A stretch of 34,817 bases of DNA. Origin: Nemertoderma westbladi. Lineage: Eukaryota > Animalia > Xenacoelomorpha. The stretch covers positions 1 to 34,817 of the forward strand of contig JAUCBJ010000138.1 in assembly GCA_032718475.1 (NCBI GenBank). The letters run 5' to 3'. Position 1 is the stretch's first letter, and each line of letters opens with the position of its first letter. Made by a program: the position numbers and the translations under genes. Positions 19,342 through 30,795 of the stretch are shown piece by piece. The notes beneath the pieces are model-generated. The model made no database searches. It was not told where the DNA came from and saw only the letters and a program-made list of their open reading frames with translations.

Positions 19342-20533
19342 TGTAAAAGCTTTTGCTGAATTGTCCGGTTATTTTTCCTTATTTTCCCGTAAAATACTCT
19401 GTAGTTGGTTTACCAGGCATAAAAAGGCCGTGTCCTTGCTGTACTGGTGTTTTAGCGGACATAAAAGCTATTTCTTCTGTATTTGTACTTTAGAGGACAT
19501 AATCCGTAATTCTGTGACGTAAAAGCTCGATACTCTTGAAAACAGTGTCGCTACCATGACGACGGCTAGCAGCTGATATTGCCACGTCGACGTTTCTTTG
19601 TTTCTTTGTTCTCTCGTTGTTCAGGTTGACCAATCAGAGCGTTTGTTGTCTCTGTGTTGGAGGTATATACAGAAACTCAGTAGTGCAGTGTTATGTTTTT
19701 GCCCAGAGCCTAAGAACCGGCTTTTGGCACCTCCGTGTTTTCAGTTTTTAGTCTTACACTAGTAGGTTTAATTATAAGGACATATATCCTTTAACTTGAT
19801 AACTGATCATACATCCTGACTGCTGAAACATTGCAAACTCATAACAATCAGTGTTCAGTTGTTGTTTTATACTGCTATTTACTGTCAGTTCTTCATAATA
19901 TGGTTGATGAATTATTATATTTGGAATAACGATAAATAACCCCGAAACCCAATATTCTTGATATACCGAAGGTAAGAGAGAAAGGTTACCAATAACGATT
20001 GTGACTTATGTTAAAGTGGTTTGAAGTGAATCTAATGTTATTTGATAGACCCTACATGAGTCAGTCTGTGTTCCTTTTATATGTGACTAAAATCAGTGAA
20101 GATTGGCAGATTAGTGTGCAGTATTGTGCAGCATTGCGTATGAGTGAGTCTGTTAAAGAAGCATTTCCTAAAGAATGCGCCATATATGTGAATTATAATT
20201 AAGCCATATCGTTGTGAGTAGTTTAAGTCATAACTCTGTTTATATAGATAAAGCGCCACGTCCTAAAGGAACTGTTAATATTCCCGAAGGTGAATAATAT
20301 TGTCAGAGATTACATAATACTGTCAGTCGAATAATACATTAGGCTTACATAGCAATAAAATTAAACCGTCGAACCCAATCTCCCGGGAATATCCAGCGGG
20401 TGAATGGTCGCGCACAGATTGGTTTCGACTAGTGTAGTGAATCAAATACTTGTCATAGACTAAAAACGATTTAATATCTAGAAGACATCTTAATTTGGCG
20501 GGTTAAACTGCCAAAGGTCTGAAAGCGCGAACA
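19342..20533 (+). repeat. 3' LTR (1192 bp)
   Basis: TGTAAAAGC...GCGCGAACA followed by TSD AGCTA. Confidence 0.97.
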
Positions 20534-20629
20534 AGCTATTTCCTAACGAACTAACTAATAGTTGTTTACTTATTTGGAATCGTTACAACGACAGCTTTCC
20601 ATTGCTACGAACCACCATAAGGACGAAGA

Positions 20630-21710
20630 ATAACTGCGGTGCGACTGCGGTGCAATATCGACAAAATTATTTATTGAGTTGAGATGATGTCTGGGAGACC
20701 TCAGGTGACCAAAAAATAAAGGGTAACAACAGTTCGAGCTTTCACCCAACAGGGCTTCTTCACGTAAAGAAATAAAACGAATATACAGAGAGACTGCACC
20801 AGTATACAGAATGCAAAACAACAGTACCGGTATGTCGGGAACAGTATAATTAATTTAAATATAAACCGAAAAGGCCGAAAAAGAATTAGATCCTAAACTA
20901 CTGAATATCAGAAATGCACCATTGAAGTTTAACATTAACACCAAGCGATTAACCAGACAAACTGACTACTGTATATTAAACACTATGTAAACGAAATAAC
21001 ATCCAGTGTCGAATTCTGATACGTACTGTACGTTCATACCGGGAGTGTGTCGGTTAATGAAGGTCCGTTCTGCTAGTTTACGGTCTGCCCAGTCCTTGCA
21101 CCGCCGCACAATTTTAGCGGTGAAGGGGTGTGGTGTGCTGGTGAGTGTTGGGTGCTTATCTACGTAGTGTGCACCGACAGCAGTCTTGCCCGCGCCCTCG
21201 TTACATTTACGTACAGCGTTGCGGTGCTGCATGATGCGTACCCGGACTTGTCCGCTAGTTTCGCCAATATACGTATCTGTACAATTGGTGCACTGTATTT
21301 GGTATACGGTTTTTTTATCGGTACAGTGGGTAACGCCGTGGGTGCAGGTGTAACAGGGAGTGGCAGTGGAAGCGGGGCATCGTGGGGGGGTGAGTGATGA
21401 TTTAATGAGGATATTACGTAGTTTGGGCCCCGTCGTTGACACCACCCGTGTGTTACTCGCGAACGGTGATTTGGCTATTGTCTCTTTTACTTGTCTTAGG
21501 ATGCTTTCGTTTATGTAAGGCAAAACTAGTGGTTGTGTGTAGGATTGGTTGCGGTTGGGGTTGTATGGTGTCTGTGCTGGGGTGCGGGGGTGCTTAATTT
21601 GCCGAATCAGTTGGTTTATTAGCGTGCTCGGGTAATCATTGGTTGCTAATCTTTTAGAGATCTTGTCCAGGCTCCGCGCCTCTCCTGCAGGGGTGGTGCT
21701 GAGGGAGATA
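20630..21710 (-). mobile_element. 5'-truncated Penelope-like retroelement (linker, GIY-YIG endonuclease, 3' UTR); boundaries approximate
   Basis: The frame of ORF 20966-21523 stays open upstream (KRLATNDYPSTLI...LVLPYINE). CYTC..C..KKTVYQIQCTNCTDTYIGETS..RIMQH..AVGAH..RKLAE..IN..P.MN is the typical PLE endonuclease. Minus-strand AATAAA near 20670. Confidence 0.88.
20736..20763 (-). ncRNA. Minimal hammerhead-ribozyme-like motif of the Penelope element (core C changed to G)
   Basis: Minus strand reads GUGAAGA-AGCCC-UGUU-GGGU-GAAA-GCUC, matching CUGANGA-stem II-GAAA-palindromic stem III except at the first base. Confidence 0.55.
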
Positions 21711-22054
21711 GATATTATGATTACTACGGTGACGAGAGCGCGAAAATTTCTTAAAGTGGGTAAATATATTTATCATTTACAACTACAGGAATATATACAG
21801 TGTGAGTACAGTAGTATCAGCTAAGCCTACTTTACAGTAGTAGGCCTTATAAGAATAAAAATAAGCCAACGTTTTAGTTTTAGTTGCTTTAGAGCCTAAA
21901 GCAACTCTTTGTACGGGCCATTTAGTAACACACTTATCGATTCAATGTTTGTATAACTTTGTTACTATTCGGATGCTGGTTGCCACGGCTACCAGCATGT
22001 GTGTTACAAAATGAGCCTCTGTTAAAATCACTGTTGCTTGAGAAAATAATGAAT

Positions 22055-22383
22055 TGAGAACAACGAGCAACAATGAGCAACAACGATGAGGAAAAAAGAG
22101 CCACAACGAGCAGCAATGAGCAACAATGAGCAACAACGAGCAACAATGAGCAACAAACGAGCAACAATGTGCAACAACGAGCAACAATGAGCAACAACGA
22201 GCCGCAACGAGCAACAATGAGTAACACGCAACAATGATCAACAACGAACAACAATGCGCTACAACGAGCAACAATGAGCAACAACGAGCAACAATGAACA
22301 ACAACGACCAACAACAAACAATAATGAGCAACAATAACGAGCAATAATAAAGTACAACAATGAGCAACAATGAACAACAATGA
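22055..22383 (+). repeat. Minisatellite of alternating 10-mers (AACAACGAGC/AACAATGAGC)n
   Basis: Directly visible array of about 30 degenerate units. Confidence 0.95.
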
Positions 22384-23290
22384 TTACATGTTTGGAATCC
22401 TTACACGGTCAACTTTCTATACAAAACCGTCATTCCCAAAATATCAATGAGTGATGCTTTCAGTGTGCGTTAAACTGGTTGGAAAAACAGAGGTCCATTT
22501 TAGTTGGCCCTTACACCCTTTAACTGTCATTTGTAACCTACTAACTCGGGGTATTTAAGTTAAGTATGACATTTTTAGTTTTACAATATACTCGTCTCCT
22601 TCATTAGTATCGTTGGGCTCGTCCTGTTATGTCTCAAAAGTTTTTTCTTAAACGCAGACTGACGACTTTATAACTATTTATAACGACTTTATAACTATGT
22701 TAAGTCTCGAAAATGTGGGAGTAACTACTGATTTATGGCATATATGGATACTCTTATCCACTGCAAAACTCGTTGCGTTCGTCCTGTACATCCTGGTCAC
22801 CAAATATATACCTTACAACATTCCATTATCAGTATTGGATAAATTGAAATTATACAATATTCTAAAGGTGAATATTAAATATTTAACTTTATTTTATATA
22901 ATTAATTTATATTTATTATTGTATTAAATTATATTATATTAAAACCTTCTATTTCCCAACCCTCTTTAAATATGAAAAACCTTATATGAAACCGTTTCAA
23001 ATCAAGTCAACTTAAACTTTGTAAAAAAAATTATTCCATTGCTCTTGTTAGGTTTCTCAAAAAAGACCTGTTCCCATTTGGGAACCCTGGCAGCACAGCA
23101 ATTCCATTATATTTTATAAAATAACAAAAATAAAAAGTAGTGTATCAAAACATTGAAAATCACAAACAGACTCCAATTTTATTGACTTTTATACAATTTT
23201 ATTGTTCTAGGGGCCACCTTTTATGTCCCAATTGGGAACACTGGTGATGTTTTTTGTTTGATTTGATTTAATAAACAATTTAGGGAGATG

Positions 23291-24840
23291 TAAGGAGCCC
23301 CTAAAGGGACATGAGAAAAAAAAATTTTTCGCTAACTCGTGCGAACGACTTAGTATGTAGTGCGAACGACGTACTAAGTCGTGCGAACGACTTAACTAAC
23401 TCGTGCGAACGAAATACTAAGTCGTGCGAATGACTTAACTAACTCGTGCGAACGACTTAGTAACTCGTGCTAACTTTTCTTTGATTGGCTAAATAATACT
23501 GGTAATAAAGGTACAACCTTTTTAGCGGGATTTTCAATTCAATCTACATACAGCATTGTTGTTGATGGCATTATTGGTTGAAAATATTATTATCAATGGC
23601 TGAACCCGCTCTGTTAATATCGACGTACTTTCACTTAGGCCGACAATACAACCGACATATTGTAGCAAATTATAATATCTTTAACATATTAATTTTATTG
23701 TAACTAAGTCAGTAAATAGCTGTATTATCTACGGTCAGCGCTGTTAGATAAGCTGATTATAGTGTCGGTGTTGTTGCTGTGTTGCTAATCCCATCTCACT
23801 ATTATTGTATCGAACAGCTGTTTTTTTTTTGGGGGGGGGGGGGGGGGATGAGATAGGTCCTACTATTTAGAGTATTGTACAATATTGTGACTCCGCCACA
23901 ATATTCGATTTAAATAAAGTACGTACCCGTATTTCACTTTCAGGCTCTCGTTTCATATTTCACTCACTGGCTTACGCTCGTTCTTAATAAGATTAATTCG
24001 AATAAGTAATGCGCAACATCCCTAATGAAACCAGTGGGTGCATTGATGGATATTCCCGGAAAATGATTTGGTTGAACGTGTATAACACCAACAATGACAG
24101 TAAAGTTATCTGGGGCTACTTCCTGGAAGCGATAACTGAGAACAAGGGTGCTCCGCGGATTGTTCGAGGGGATTTTGGAACAGAAAATGTTGGCGTTCGA
24201 GACTTTCAGAAGTTCATCCGTAGAGATCACACTGACAATATGCAACAGACCTGTTACATCGATGGCGCAAGCACAGCTTAGGATAATTTCATTATTTAGT
24301 TTTAAAGCAGATGAAATCTGTCCATATGTTAGGCCTAAGTTAAAGTGCGTCGATATTAATAGAGCGGGTTCAGCCATTGATAATAATATTTTCAACCAAA
24401 AACCAATAATGCCATCTACAACAATGCTGTAGATTGAATTGAAAATCCCGCTAAAAGGGTTGTACTTTTATTACCAGTATTAAAGTAAAGTAATCAGTCA
24501 AAGTCAAGTTAGTAAGTCGTTCGCACGACTTAGTATGTCGTTCGCAAGACTAAGTAAGTCGTTCGGACGAGTTAGTATGTCGTTCGCAAGAGTTACCTAG
24601 TTAAGCCGTTCGCACGACTTAGTTTGTCGTTCGCACGACTTACTGTAGTATGTCGTTCGCACGACTTAGTATGTCGTTCGCAATACTTAGTATGTCGTTC
24701 GCACGACTTAGTATGACGTTTTCACGACTTAGTATGTCGTTCGCACGACTTATTAAGTCGTAAACGACTTACTAAGTCGTTCGCACGAGATTAGCAAAAA
24801 AAAACAATTTTTTTTCACATGTCCCTTTAGGGGCTCCGTA
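23291..24840 (+). mobile_element. IS3EU-type DNA transposon, internally deleted
   Basis: TIRs TA(A)GGAGCCCCTAAAGGGACATG / CATGTCCCTTTAGGGGCTCCGTA and a 6-bp TSD GAGATG (23285-23290, 24841-24846). Subterminal ~21-bp repeats (TCGTGCGAACGACTTAGTA) on both arms; inverted similarity extends to about 23640 and 24330. Confidence 0.85.
24033..24281 (+). pseudogene. DDE transposase core fragment (IS3EU-like)
   Basis: SGCIDGYSRKMIWL..TNND...G.PRIVRGDFGTENV...YIDGASTA, broken where NQRIE would be expected. Confidence 0.85.
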
Positions 24841-24915
24841 GAGATGCTTTGGTCGAAATTATATTTAACTAATAGAATCAGGTCAGTCCCTTTTGGGAAC
24901 ACTGGGCTCCCTTTG

Positions 24916-25533
24916 ATCTATTTTCGAGTTCTGAACCGAGTCAACACGCCCACTGCACTGCATTAGATATATTCTCACGCCCTGAGCCGAGCCAACACGC
25001 CCTACTGTGCTGCATTAAATATATTTTCGAGTCCTAAACCGAGCTAAAACGCCCTACTGCGCTGCATTATATATTTTTTCGAGTCCTGAGCCGAGCCAAC
25101 ACGCGCTACTGCACTCCATTATATATTTTTTCGAGTCCTGAGCCGAGCCAACACGCCATACAGTACTGCACTGCTTTAGATCTATTCTCACGTCCTGAGC
25201 CGAGCCAGCACGCCCTACTGCGCTCCATTAGATCTATTCTCGCGTCCCGACCCGATCCAACACACCCTACTGCGCTGCATTAGATCTATTCTCGCGTCCC
25301 GACCCGATCCAACACGCCCTACTGCGCTCCATTAGATCTATTTTCGAGTCCTGAACCGAGCCAACACGCCCTACTGTGCTGCATTAAATATATTTTCGAG
25401 TCCTAAACCGAGCTAAAACACCCTACTGCGCTGCATTAGATCTATTCTCGCGTCCTGAGCAGAGCCAACACGCCCTACTGCGCTGCATTATATCTTTTTT
25501 TGGAATCCTGAACTGAGCCACCACACCCTACTG
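24916..25533 (+). repeat. 52-bp tandem repeat, about 12 copies
   Basis: Unit approximately GATCTATTCTCGAGTCCTGAGCCGAGCCAACACGCCCTACTGCGCTGCATTA; starts at 25231 and 25283 give period 52. No unique spacers. Confidence 0.93.
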
Positions 25534-25789
25534 ATAAACTGAAGTTCTGGTAAAGTCTTGGCCTAATAAAGTAACACTTTGTGCGAAAAAGTATTTTACC
25601 ATTGTTCCCAAATGGGACAAAAAATTGCATAATAAGTTTCATTTCGGCTATAAATATTGCATTTGTACTACCTACATCCATAGTCCAACAGTATTTGGTT
25701 CAATTTTACTATATTGCATTACAGCAGAAGTACGTTCTCATATAGTGTTCCCAAATGGGACAATAGTTGGTCTTTTTTGATATAGCAAG

Positions 25790-26953
25790 TGTTCGCGCTT
25801 TTAGACCTTTAGCAGTTTAACCTGCCAAATTTAGGTGTCTTCTAGGTTATAAATCGTCTTTAGCCTATAACAAGTATTTGATACACATGAAGCTACATTA
25901 GCCGAAGCCAGCCTATGCGCGATCATTCACCCACGGTTAAGGGAGACTGGATTCGGATGCTCTGACCTTATTGCGGTGTAGGCCTACTGTACTATTCGAT
26001 TGATCGTTAATATATAATCTCTGACAAATATTATTCACTTTCGGGAAATATTAACAGTTCCTTTAGGACGTGGCGCTCTAAGTATGTAAACAGAGTTATG
26101 ACTTACACTAAACACAACGGGATGGCTTATGATTTACGTATAAGGCGCATTCTTTAGGAAATGCTTTGTTATCTATCACACTCATGCACACTACCTCACA
26201 CTGCTGCACACTGATCTGCCGACCTTCACCAATTTTAATCATATATAAGGAGAACAGCCACTGACACATGTAGGGTCTATGAAATAGCATTCAATTCACT
26301 CCAAAACCACTATAATGTAAGTCGCAATTGCTATATGTAACCGGTCTCTCTAACCTTCAGTATATCAAGAAGATTGGGGTTTTCTGATTATTTATCGATA
26401 TTCTCCAAATATAACAATATTCCATCAACTGATACAATTAATAACCGACAGTAAATAGCAGTAAAATAATGTGGTGAAAGGTAAGGTGAGTCTGGTATGC
26501 CAGGTATGGCAGAATAACAGTTATACGTTTCTATGATCAAAGCCGTTCTAATGTTTTGGCTAAAGTCTGAAAACACAGAATAATTCCACAGCCGGTGTTC
26601 TAGGCTTAGGAAAAATACACACTGACTGAATTGCGTGAGTTTCTGTATGCACTATCCAACACAGAGTGAAAACCGCTCTGATTGGTCGAGCCGAACAAAG
26701 AACAAAGAAAGCTCTACGTGGACATATCAGCTGATATATGTCCTCATCTGAACTACACTGTATCAAGAGTATTTTGGCGTATTGCGGCATAAAATCGCTA
26801 GTTATGTCCGCTAAAGTACACATACAGAAAAAATGGCTTTTTATGTCCACTAAAACACCTACACAGTAAGAAAACGGCTTTTTATGTCCGCTAAAACACC
26901 TACAGAGTACTTCGCGGGAAAAATGACTAGCTAGATCCGCAAAAGCCTTTAGA
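25790..26953 (-). mobile_element. Solo LTR of a related but diverged BEL subfamily
   Basis: The reverse complement aligns end to end with the 1192-bp LTR (e.g. AGCGCCACGTCCTAAAGGAACTGTTAATATT, GACCAATCAGAGCG, AAAGCGCGAACA). Own 5-bp TSD GCAAG (25785-25789, 26954-26958). Confidence 0.92.
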
Positions 26954-27772
26954 GCAAGACACAAATACAATAATACATAATATGTTATGCAATTTTAAAC
27001 TATTTTTTAGAGTAATACATCGAGTACAATTATTTTCTAATTTTTTATATTCTATTTTCAATTTTTAATCAATCATCAGTCGGTAAAATCAATTTTTTGA
27101 AAAAATCAATTTAAAATCAAGTTTTTAATCAATCAATCAGTAAAAAAAATTCAGAAAAACGACCATCTGTTTTTCTGAATTTTTTTTTCTTCAAATAATA
27201 ATGTCATATTATTTAAAATTCCAATTGTAATGTCGCCACTGGATTGGAATGTCAAATTTGTACCGTTTTTCACCACTGTTGTTTGCATGTCCCAAAAATT
27301 GAAAAAAATTAGAATTGGCATAATTTGGCATGCCAAAAGACCAACTTGAAGTTTGAAAACACTTGAAGTTGAAAATAAAAAACAAAATATTCCACTCTTC
27401 CTAAACATATTAACATTAAAAAAAGTAATAGAAGCCTATATTATATTTCCTCCAGTTAAATTTAAAAAAATGCTCCCAATTGGGAACACTGGGAGATAGA
27501 GGTTTTAAATATTCATTTGGTTTACAAGTATTGTCAAAACAATACTCGTTATTAGGAGTACAGTCAACTGACTCGTGTTCAATACAACGCTTGTTTCACT
27601 CATCCTGGTCACTATAATATAACTAGCATAAAGGCATTCCACCACACCACAGATACTGATCAAAATCACATATCATCCAATATGCTAGACGAGGTTGTTT
27701 TCTTGTTTATAGGAGTATTGTCAACACAATATACTCGTCTCCTTCATTAGACTCGTTGCGCTCGTCCTGAAG

Positions 27773-28867
27773 CAGGCCCGGGGGGCTTTGGGGGCACTGC
27801 CCCCCCCCCCCCCCCCAGACAAGTCCCACTGCCCCCCCCCCCCAGACATGTCTTGTTCACTCGTCCGGTTCACAATTAATTAATAATAATAGTGTTGACC
27901 CCAGTGATCAATATTATTGGATACACATTTATATACTTACTGTATAATAGGATACACACTTTTACACACTAACCGGACTCCCAACCATCTCATTTTGGTC
28001 CAATTATATAATACTACACATGGCATTAACCTTCCTCTGTAATTACTAAAAATTCCGAAAGCTCCAGGTTCTCTCATTGGTTACCAGGGGTTGTTTGTTG
28101 TTGACCCATTGTCTATTTGCTTGTAGTTTGGGAGCCAGCTTGCAGCTAAAAGGCTAGGCGCTGAGGGTTGCCTGCGCTGGTATCCATATAATTTGTTGTA
28201 ACTTAACCTTAACCATATTATACCTGAAGTGGGTCCTTCGCGCAGCACGTCACATATACTTATGTAAGTGCCAACTCGAAAGAAATATAAGCAAAATCTA
28301 AGCAGATGTCCCTAGATCACTTTACACCTAAAGGCAGTCTGGCAAACTCCAGTCGATTTAAGACCTCAGAAAAAGTTTAAATGAAACAGGTAATGGTCTA
28401 GAACAATTCTGCCAAGTTTCCGCTTAAACCGGATTAAAAGCAAAGAAATGGCAGAATATTTAATGCTTAGACAAGTAGCCATCTAGCAGGAGACTGTTGA
28501 ACTGTTGGTGTCAAATGTCGCTAAATAATGTCAAGTTTTGGACATAATTATGCCTACAAATTTTCAATTCGACAGCTTTAAATCTGACAAAGTTATTTGA
28601 ATGTTACGTTAATGAAATCGTTACGTCAACAACTATTTGCCATTATTGACATACTCATTAACAGTGTCAGTTCGCAAAGGCTCCGCGAACTTCGTGGCTC
28701 GCCCCACACACCTTTCAACAATATTTATTTTCCTTTATGTACTAAATTAACTCTCACTTTGTTGTATGCTCCCCAAATCCCAGATATGGGTTTTGCCCCC
28801 GCAGATTTGGCCTCTGCCCCCCCCCCCCCCCCCCCTCCCCAGATATTATGATCACCATACGGGCCTG
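27773..28867. mobile_element. Non-autonomous TIR element (hAT-like termini)
   Basis: CAGGCCCG...CGGGCCTG ends with flanking direct repeat CCTGAAG (27766-27772, 28868-28874). Repeated TGCCCCCC(C)nAGA subterminal motifs at both ends. Confidence 0.7.
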
Positions 28868-29358
28868 CCTGAAGGCCTCACGCAAATTCTATGTGGAATA
28901 TTTCTAAGCTTTTGCCAAACAAAAACATGTGTACCAATTTTGGTTAGATTTCATCGAGGATTAGCTGAGTTATTAACGTTTAAAAACACGAACCTACAGA
29001 ACTACAGATCAACAGTCACACCGATTGACATAGTGGTACCCGTACGCCGTATGCTAAGCTCACTTGGCTTTCGTAACTCGCCCCACAATTCTCTTCCTGC
29101 TCTACTAACTGTCGGTATTGTGTGGTACTGCCAGACTGCAGTTAGACCCACAGACCTACAGACCTAGGCCTAGGTATTTCAGTATTGGTGATTGTGTATT
29201 CCAGTACTGCAGTCAGTACAGCAGTAGCCTAATCCAGTAATCAGGTATTGTATGCCAGAGGCCACCTACTGAACTACACAGCGGTCCGGTATAGCATAGC
29301 CAGATAGCAGTATTACTATTTTCCTAAATCTTCTGCATTACTAATTACCGCTACCGGT

Positions 29359-30795
29359 ATGGGATTCTTTATAAAAGTCGCTGAGTCTCAAGAGGAAGAG
29401 GCCATAGAGATTCCAGCTGAGGAGGATGGATCGCTCCTTCTCTCAACGCTTACGGCCCAGTTCCCGGGCGCTGTGGGGCTGAAATTCTGGAACGAAGAAT
29501 CATCTTCGTGGCGTGGTGTTCGGGCCAGTCCGGAGGGGTTCCTTACGCCAGACGATTTCTGGCAACATCAACTCTATATAGTTGTCTATCCAAAGGAAAA
29601 CAAACGTAAATACGAAGAGAACGTCGATAATTCCACCTCGAAGACGAAGAAGCTGCACAAGATAAAATGCAGCGATCTCGTGGTTCTCGGGATTCCGTAC
29701 TCTTTCACCTCCAAGGACTTACACGATTACTTCTCGGCGTTTGGGGAGTTGAGTTTATGTGAAGTTAAAGTGAAACACGACGGCGACTCGAAGGGATTCG
29801 GTTTCATTCGCTTCGATGATTACGAGTCCCAACGTAAGGCCCTCGGGCAGCAGCACCTGTTGGGCAAACGACGATGCGAGGTTAAGTTCCCAAACTCTAA
29901 GAACACCCAAGGCGGGGAATTCTATAAACTATACGTAGGTCACATATCGAAGGAAACAACCAGTCAGCAACTCAAGGAGTTCTTTGAGAGTTACGGGGAT
30001 GTGGAGGAGGTTTATATTCCGATGTCTCCGTTCCGACATTGCGCTTTCATTACATTCAAACACGGGGATGTGGCCCCAGGGTTGGTAAACCAACAGTTCG
30101 AGATTGCTGACGGTGTAAAAGTCGTTACTAACAACGCGGATCCGAAAGGGACCGCATCTGGGAAGCAGCAACCACAGCAGCAACAGGGGGGGCGATGGGG
30201 GGTCCAGCCGGGGGGCAGACAGGGGGGGTTGATGGGTCCCATGATGGGGAACCCAATGAGCACAGGCGGCCCGGGGGGCTACTACAGCGGCCCACAACCG
30301 CCAGCATTCTCTACGGGGGGCAGCGGCTACGGCTCGCAGCTCTCCTCTCAAGGGGCTATGGGTGGTTACCACGCGACCAACTTCAACCAGCCTCCCCCGT
30401 CAATGTCCCGCAACCCTTATGGGGGCACGTCCTTCTCTTACGATGGGGTTAATGTAGCGAGCCAGATGCCGAGCCATCAGCAGCCGCCACAACAGACGCC
30501 CCAACCACCGCCGCCGAGCTCCCAGCCGACGGCCGACGCCAATGTGGCCAACATGGTCGCCCAACTGACCCAGCAGGTCGCCTCGAACCCCCAGGTGCTC
30601 CAACACCTTCAGGCTCTACTAACCCTGACAGCCGGAGGCGGCCAGCCGCAGCAGCAGCAAGGTGTAAGTACAGCGGGTAGTTTCTCTAGGTTGTCTGGAG
30701 GCGCCCCCTCATCGAATGGTGATGTAAAGATGGATGAGTCGGATGGTGGTAGTGCTAAGTGGGGCGGTGGAGACCATACTGGGTGGAATCAGTGA
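29359..30795 (+). CDS. TARDBP: TAR DNA-binding protein 43 homologue (NTD, NLS, two RRMs, G/Q/P-rich low-complexity tail), single open frame
   Basis: NTD IEIPAEEDGSLLLSTLTAQFPGAVGLKF, VVYPKENKRK; RRM1 SDLVVLGIP and SKGFGFIRF; RRM2 LYVGHI and PFRHCAFITF. Confidence 0.95.
   Translation: MGFFIKVAESQEEEAIEIPAEEDGSLLLSTLTAQFPGAVGLKFWNEESSSWRGVRASPEGFLTPDDFWQHQLYIVVYPKENKRKYEENVDNSTSKTKKLHKIKCSDLVVLGIPYSFTSKDLHDYFSAFGELSLCEVKVKHDGDSKGFGFIRFDDYESQRKALGQQHLLGKRRCEVKFPNSKNTQGGEFYKLYVGHISKETTSQQLKEFFESYGDVEEVYIPMSPFRHCAFITFKHGDVAPGLVNQQFEIADGVKVVTNNADPKGTASGKQQPQQQQGGRWGVQPGGRQGGLMGPMMGNPMSTGGPGGYYSGPQPPAFSTGGSGYGSQLSSQGAMGGYHATNFNQPPPSMSRNPYGGTSFSYDGVNVASQMPSHQQPPQQTPQPPPPSSQPTADANVANMVAQLTQQVASNPQVLQHLQALLTLTAGGGQPQQQQGVSTAGSFSRLSGGAPSSNGDVKMDESDGGSAKWGGGDHTGWNQ

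Larger units (their letters stand above)
6017..20533 (+). mobile_element. BEL/Pao (Belpaoviridae) LTR retrotransposon, recent insertion, non-autonomous (internal pol deletion), with extra 3' ORFs
   Basis: Two 1192-bp TG...CA LTRs and a 5-bp TSD AGCTA (6012-6016, 20534-20538). BEL-type gag with three Cys/His knuckles and BEL-type integrase motifs (GLIRVGGRL, TGVDLFGP, RAIHLD, LTPAHFL, R.KW). Confidence 0.96.
22939..27508. mobile_element. Older non-autonomous TIR DNA element flanked by TTAA, hosting nested insertions
   Basis: Left end TTAA-AACCTTCTATTTCCCA, right end TGGGAGATAGAGGTT-TTAA. A quasi-palindrome (TGT)TCCCAWWTGGGA(AC) recurs near 23070, 23225, 24888, 25604, 25746 and 27474. Confidence 0.6.

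Noticed and set aside
21934-22380. Cys/Leu/Val-rich minus-strand ORFs resembling membrane proteins
   Set aside because: All three frames are open only because they translate the AACAA(C/T)GAGC minisatellite.
23335-23470. Short regularly spaced repeats (also 24510-24790)
   Set aside because: Subterminal repeats of the IS3EU TIR arms, mirror images of each other.
24916-25533. CRISPR-like regular array
   Set aside because: Units are contiguous 52-bp repeats without unique spacers, there are no cas genes, and the context is eukaryotic.
29929-30606. Overlapping alternative and antisense ORFs in TARDBP
   Set aside because: Expected by chance in GC-rich low-complexity coding sequence.
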